Assembly: GCA_046583355.1 (NCBI GenBank) | Contig: JAYGCM010000052.1 | Location: 1-47,767, forward strand | Reading direction: 5' to 3' | DNA length: 47,767 nucleotides | Source of the DNA: Deltaproteobacteria bacterium | Lineage (GTDB): Bacteria; Desulfobacterota; Binatia; UBA12015 | Shown: in pieces, positions 45,561-47,767 of the stretch | Position numbering within the stretch: the first letter of the stretch is position 1 | Layout: the number at the start of each line of letters is the position of its first letter | The notes under the pieces: generated by a model | What the model was told of the DNA's origin: nothing | Database searches by the model: none | The model's input: only the letters and a program-made list of their open reading frames with translations | Made by a program: the position numbers and the translations under genes

Positions 45561-47767
45561 TCAACCGACACGGGCAAGCCCCAGCCGGCCCGCCCAGCGG
45601 GCCGCCAGCGCCTGGCGCAAGGGCTCGCTGCGCGACGATTCCAGAAGCGGATCGTCTGCGAGAATCGCGGCAGCCGCCGCACGGGCCTTGCGCAGCAGGG
45701 CCTGGTCGCGCAGGAGGTTGGCGACGCGAAAATCCGGTAGCCCCGATTGCCGCGTGCCCAACATGGCCCCAGGCCCGCGAATCGCGAGGTCGGCCTCGGC
45801 AATGCGCAGCCCATCGCCAGTCTCGGTCATGACCCGCAGTCGCTCACGTGCCTCGTTGGATTGCGCGAATTCCGCCACCAGCAGGCAATAGGCCTCGGCC
45901 ACTCCGCGGCCGACACGGCCGCGCAATTGATGCAGCTGAGAGAGGCCGAAGCGCTCGGCATGCTCGATGACCATCACCGTAGCGTTGGCGACATCGATCC
46001 CGACCTCGATCACGGTCGTGGCTACCAGAACCTGATAGTCGCCGGCCTGAAAGGCGCGCATGATCTCCTCGCGTTCGGCTGCCGGGATCCGTCCATGGAT
46101 CAGAGCGATCGACATCTCCGGGAAGCGCTCGCGCAACTCGCCAGCAGCCGTGGTGGCATCCCGCAGGTCACTCTTCTCGGATTCTTCGACCAAGGGATAG
46201 ACGACATACGCTTGATGCCCCGCAGCAACCTCGGCGGCAATCCTCGCATAGGCGCGCGCGCGGCTGCGCGAAGAAATCACCTCCGTCCGGATGGGTTTGC
46301 GGCCCGGCGGCAGTTCATCAATCGTCGAAAGGTCGAGGTCCCCATAGACACTCAGCGCCATGGTACGCGGGATCGGCGTCGCGGTCATCAGAAGGACATC
46401 CGGAGCCGGCCCGCTGTCGCCTTCACGCCCCAACGCGGCACGTTGCATCACGCCGAAACGATGCTGTTCATCAATCACCGAAAGACCAAGGCGACCAAAA
46501 CGCACCTGGTCTTGAATCAGAGCATGCGTACCGACCACCAGCGCCGGCTCGCCCGAAGCGAGTGCGGGGAGGATTTCGCGACGTGCGGCCACGCCCACCT
46601 CGCCGGTCAGATAATGCAATTGCACGCCAAGCGCGCCCGCGACCCGGTGCACGGTCTGCCAATGCTGCTCGGCGAGAAGCTCGGTCGGCGCCATGATAAC
46701 AGCCTGGTGGCCGTTCTCGATTGCCCGCAAGGCCGCCGCGACAGCCACCAGCGTTTTGCCGCTACCGACATCGCCCTGCACCAGCCGGTGCATCGGATGC
46801 GGTGCGGCCATATCGCTTGCGATCTCGGCGATCACTCGCTGCTGCGCTCCGGTCAGCGCAAAGGGCAAGGCCGCGATCATCCGCTCGGCCAAGCCCCCCT
46901 CTGCCGCAAAGGCGATGCCCGGCGTCGCTTGGACCGTCCCCTTGCGCAGAAGAAGGCCGAGCTGCACGAGGAAGAGTTCGTCGAAGACAATCGCGCGGTG
47001 GCCGGGAGAATGCATCTCGGCGAGAGCCTGCGGGTCGAGTTCGGGCTCGGGCGCGTGGACCTGGACAAAGGCGGTCGCGAGTTCGGGCAGATCTTCGCGC
47101 TGCCGCACCGCCTCGGGCACGACATCGGGCATCTGCGGCGCGTAGCGCGCGACAGCCGAGCCCACGAGCCGGCGCATAACCTGAGCCGGCATGGCCGTCG
47201 GCTTCTCGTAGACCGGAACCAACCCGGCCGGCGCCACATTCTCGGCCGCATCCAGGCTCTCGATTTCGGGGTGCACCATGCGCAAAAACGAGCCGTAGCC
47301 AGCCTCCACCTTGCCGTGCACCAGCCAGCGCGAGCCTTCCTTCAAGCGCGCCGAAAACCAGCGAATCTGGTGATACCAGATCATCTCGAGGGAGCCCGCA
47401 TCGTCCGACGCCACGACGGTGAGAATACGGCGCCGCGAACGCCCGACCGCGCGGTCATCGAGATGGCGCACGCGCAACGCCAGGGTCAGCGTCTCGCCAG
47501 CCCGCAACTCGCGCGTCGTCGCGATCTGGCGGCGGTCCTCGTAGCGAAAAGGAAGGTGATAGAGGACATCTTCGACGGTTTCCAGACCGAATTGGGCGAG
47601 TTCCTTTTCGCGTTTCGGCCCGACGCCCTCGAGGACAGCCGGCGATGCGGCCATCGCCTCGTACCAGGCCTCGACGCCCAATGGTCGGCGCTCGCGCAGC
47701 GTGGCCGCCTCAGGCGGCGCCTTGGCGGGCACCGTTTTGCGGGACGGGGCCTGAGCGGCCGCCGCCG
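45561..47767 (-). CDS. recG: ATP-dependent DNA helicase RecG (5' end beyond the window)
   Basis: PFRYEDR, LTGAQ, QGDVGSGKT, APTELLAEQH, DEQHRFG, MTATPIPRT, ATTVIEVGIDV, SQLHQLRGRVGRG, RGPG. The frame stays open to the window end. Confidence 0.96.
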   Translation of the reverse strand, partial: AAAAQAPSRKTVPAKAPPEAATLRERRPLGVEAWYEAMAASPAVLEGVGPKREKELAQFGLETVEDVLYHLPFRYEDRRQIATTRELRAGETLTLALRVRHLDDRAVGRSRRRILTVVASDDAGSLEMIWYHQIRWFSARLKEGSRWLVHGKVEAGYGSFLRMVHPEIESLDAAENVAPAGLVPVYEKPTAMPAQVMRRLVGSAVARYAPQMPDVVPEAVRQREDLPELATAFVQVHAPEPELDPQALAEMHSPGHRAIVFDELFLVQLGLLLRKGTVQATPGIAFAAEGGLAERMIAALPFALTGAQQRVIAEIASDMAAPHPMHRLVQGDVGSGKTLVAVAAALRAIENGHQAVIMAPTELLAEQHWQTVHRVAGALGVQLHYLTGEVGVAARREILPALASGEPALVVGTHALIQDQVRFGRLGLSVIDEQHRFGVMQRAALGREGDSGPAPDVLLMTATPIPRTMALSVYGDLDLSTIDELPPGRKPIRTEVISSRSRARAYARIAAEVAAGHQAYVVYPLVEESEKSDLRDATTAAGELRERFPEMSIALIHGRIPAAEREEIMRAFQAGDYQVLVATTVIEVGIDVANATVMVIEHAERFGLSQLHQLRGRVGRGVAEAYCLLVAEFAQSNEARERLRVMTETGDGLRIAEADLAIRGPGAMLGTRQSGLPDFRVANLLRDQALLRKARAAAAAILADDPLLESSRSEPLRQALAARWAGRLGLARVG

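Noticed and set aside
43864..45891. 675-aa plus-strand ORF
   Set aside because: Antisense shadow across hom, alaC and recG with no domain motifs.

Overview
This is a high-GC bacterial chromosomal segment (about 65% GC by eye). Gene content suggests a deltaproteobacterial-type lineage such as Binatota or Myxococcota, but that is inference only. The left part holds uvrB, which breaks off at ~193 into foreign-looking ~50% GC sequence. It is followed by a cytoplasmic PAS histidine kinase with a sigma-54 NtrC-type regulator and an atypical stand-alone receiver, then argJ, a 2-oxoacid:ferredoxin oxidoreductase alpha/beta pair and lnt. The core (~10.6-37.2 kb) is a large Wzx/Wzy-type surface polysaccharide locus. 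It starts with an ExeA-like ATPase carrying LysM/SPOR-like domains, then a clear sigma-54 (-24/-12) promoter. Export and polymerisation genes are a short Wza lipoprotein, a BY-kinase-like protein lacking the Walker A lysine and carrying an (NG)13 repeat, a co-polymerase, Wzy and Wzx. Synthesis and tailoring genes are four glycosyltransferases, three deacetylases, an N-formyltransferase, a radical SAM/twitch enzyme, a Gfo/Idh/MocA oxidoreductase, an SDR and an AsnB-like amidotransferase. The locus also has an initiating phosphoglycosyl transferase fused to a degenerate O-antigen-ligase-like domain, an antisense secreted beta-helix protein and a YdcF protein. The right part holds thiE and a minus-strand housekeeping run: recG (partial), alaC, hom, a glpX-like gene with altered catalytic residues, crotonase, a B12-binding subunit, thiolase and dnaB. 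No rRNA, tRNA, CRISPR array or transposase was seen. The best candidate for an undescribed system is the sigma-54-linked glycan locus, with its PGT-ligase-like fusion, pseudokinase and deacetylase/formyltransferase/radical SAM tailoring module. All calls come from motif recognition by eye; no database searches were run.
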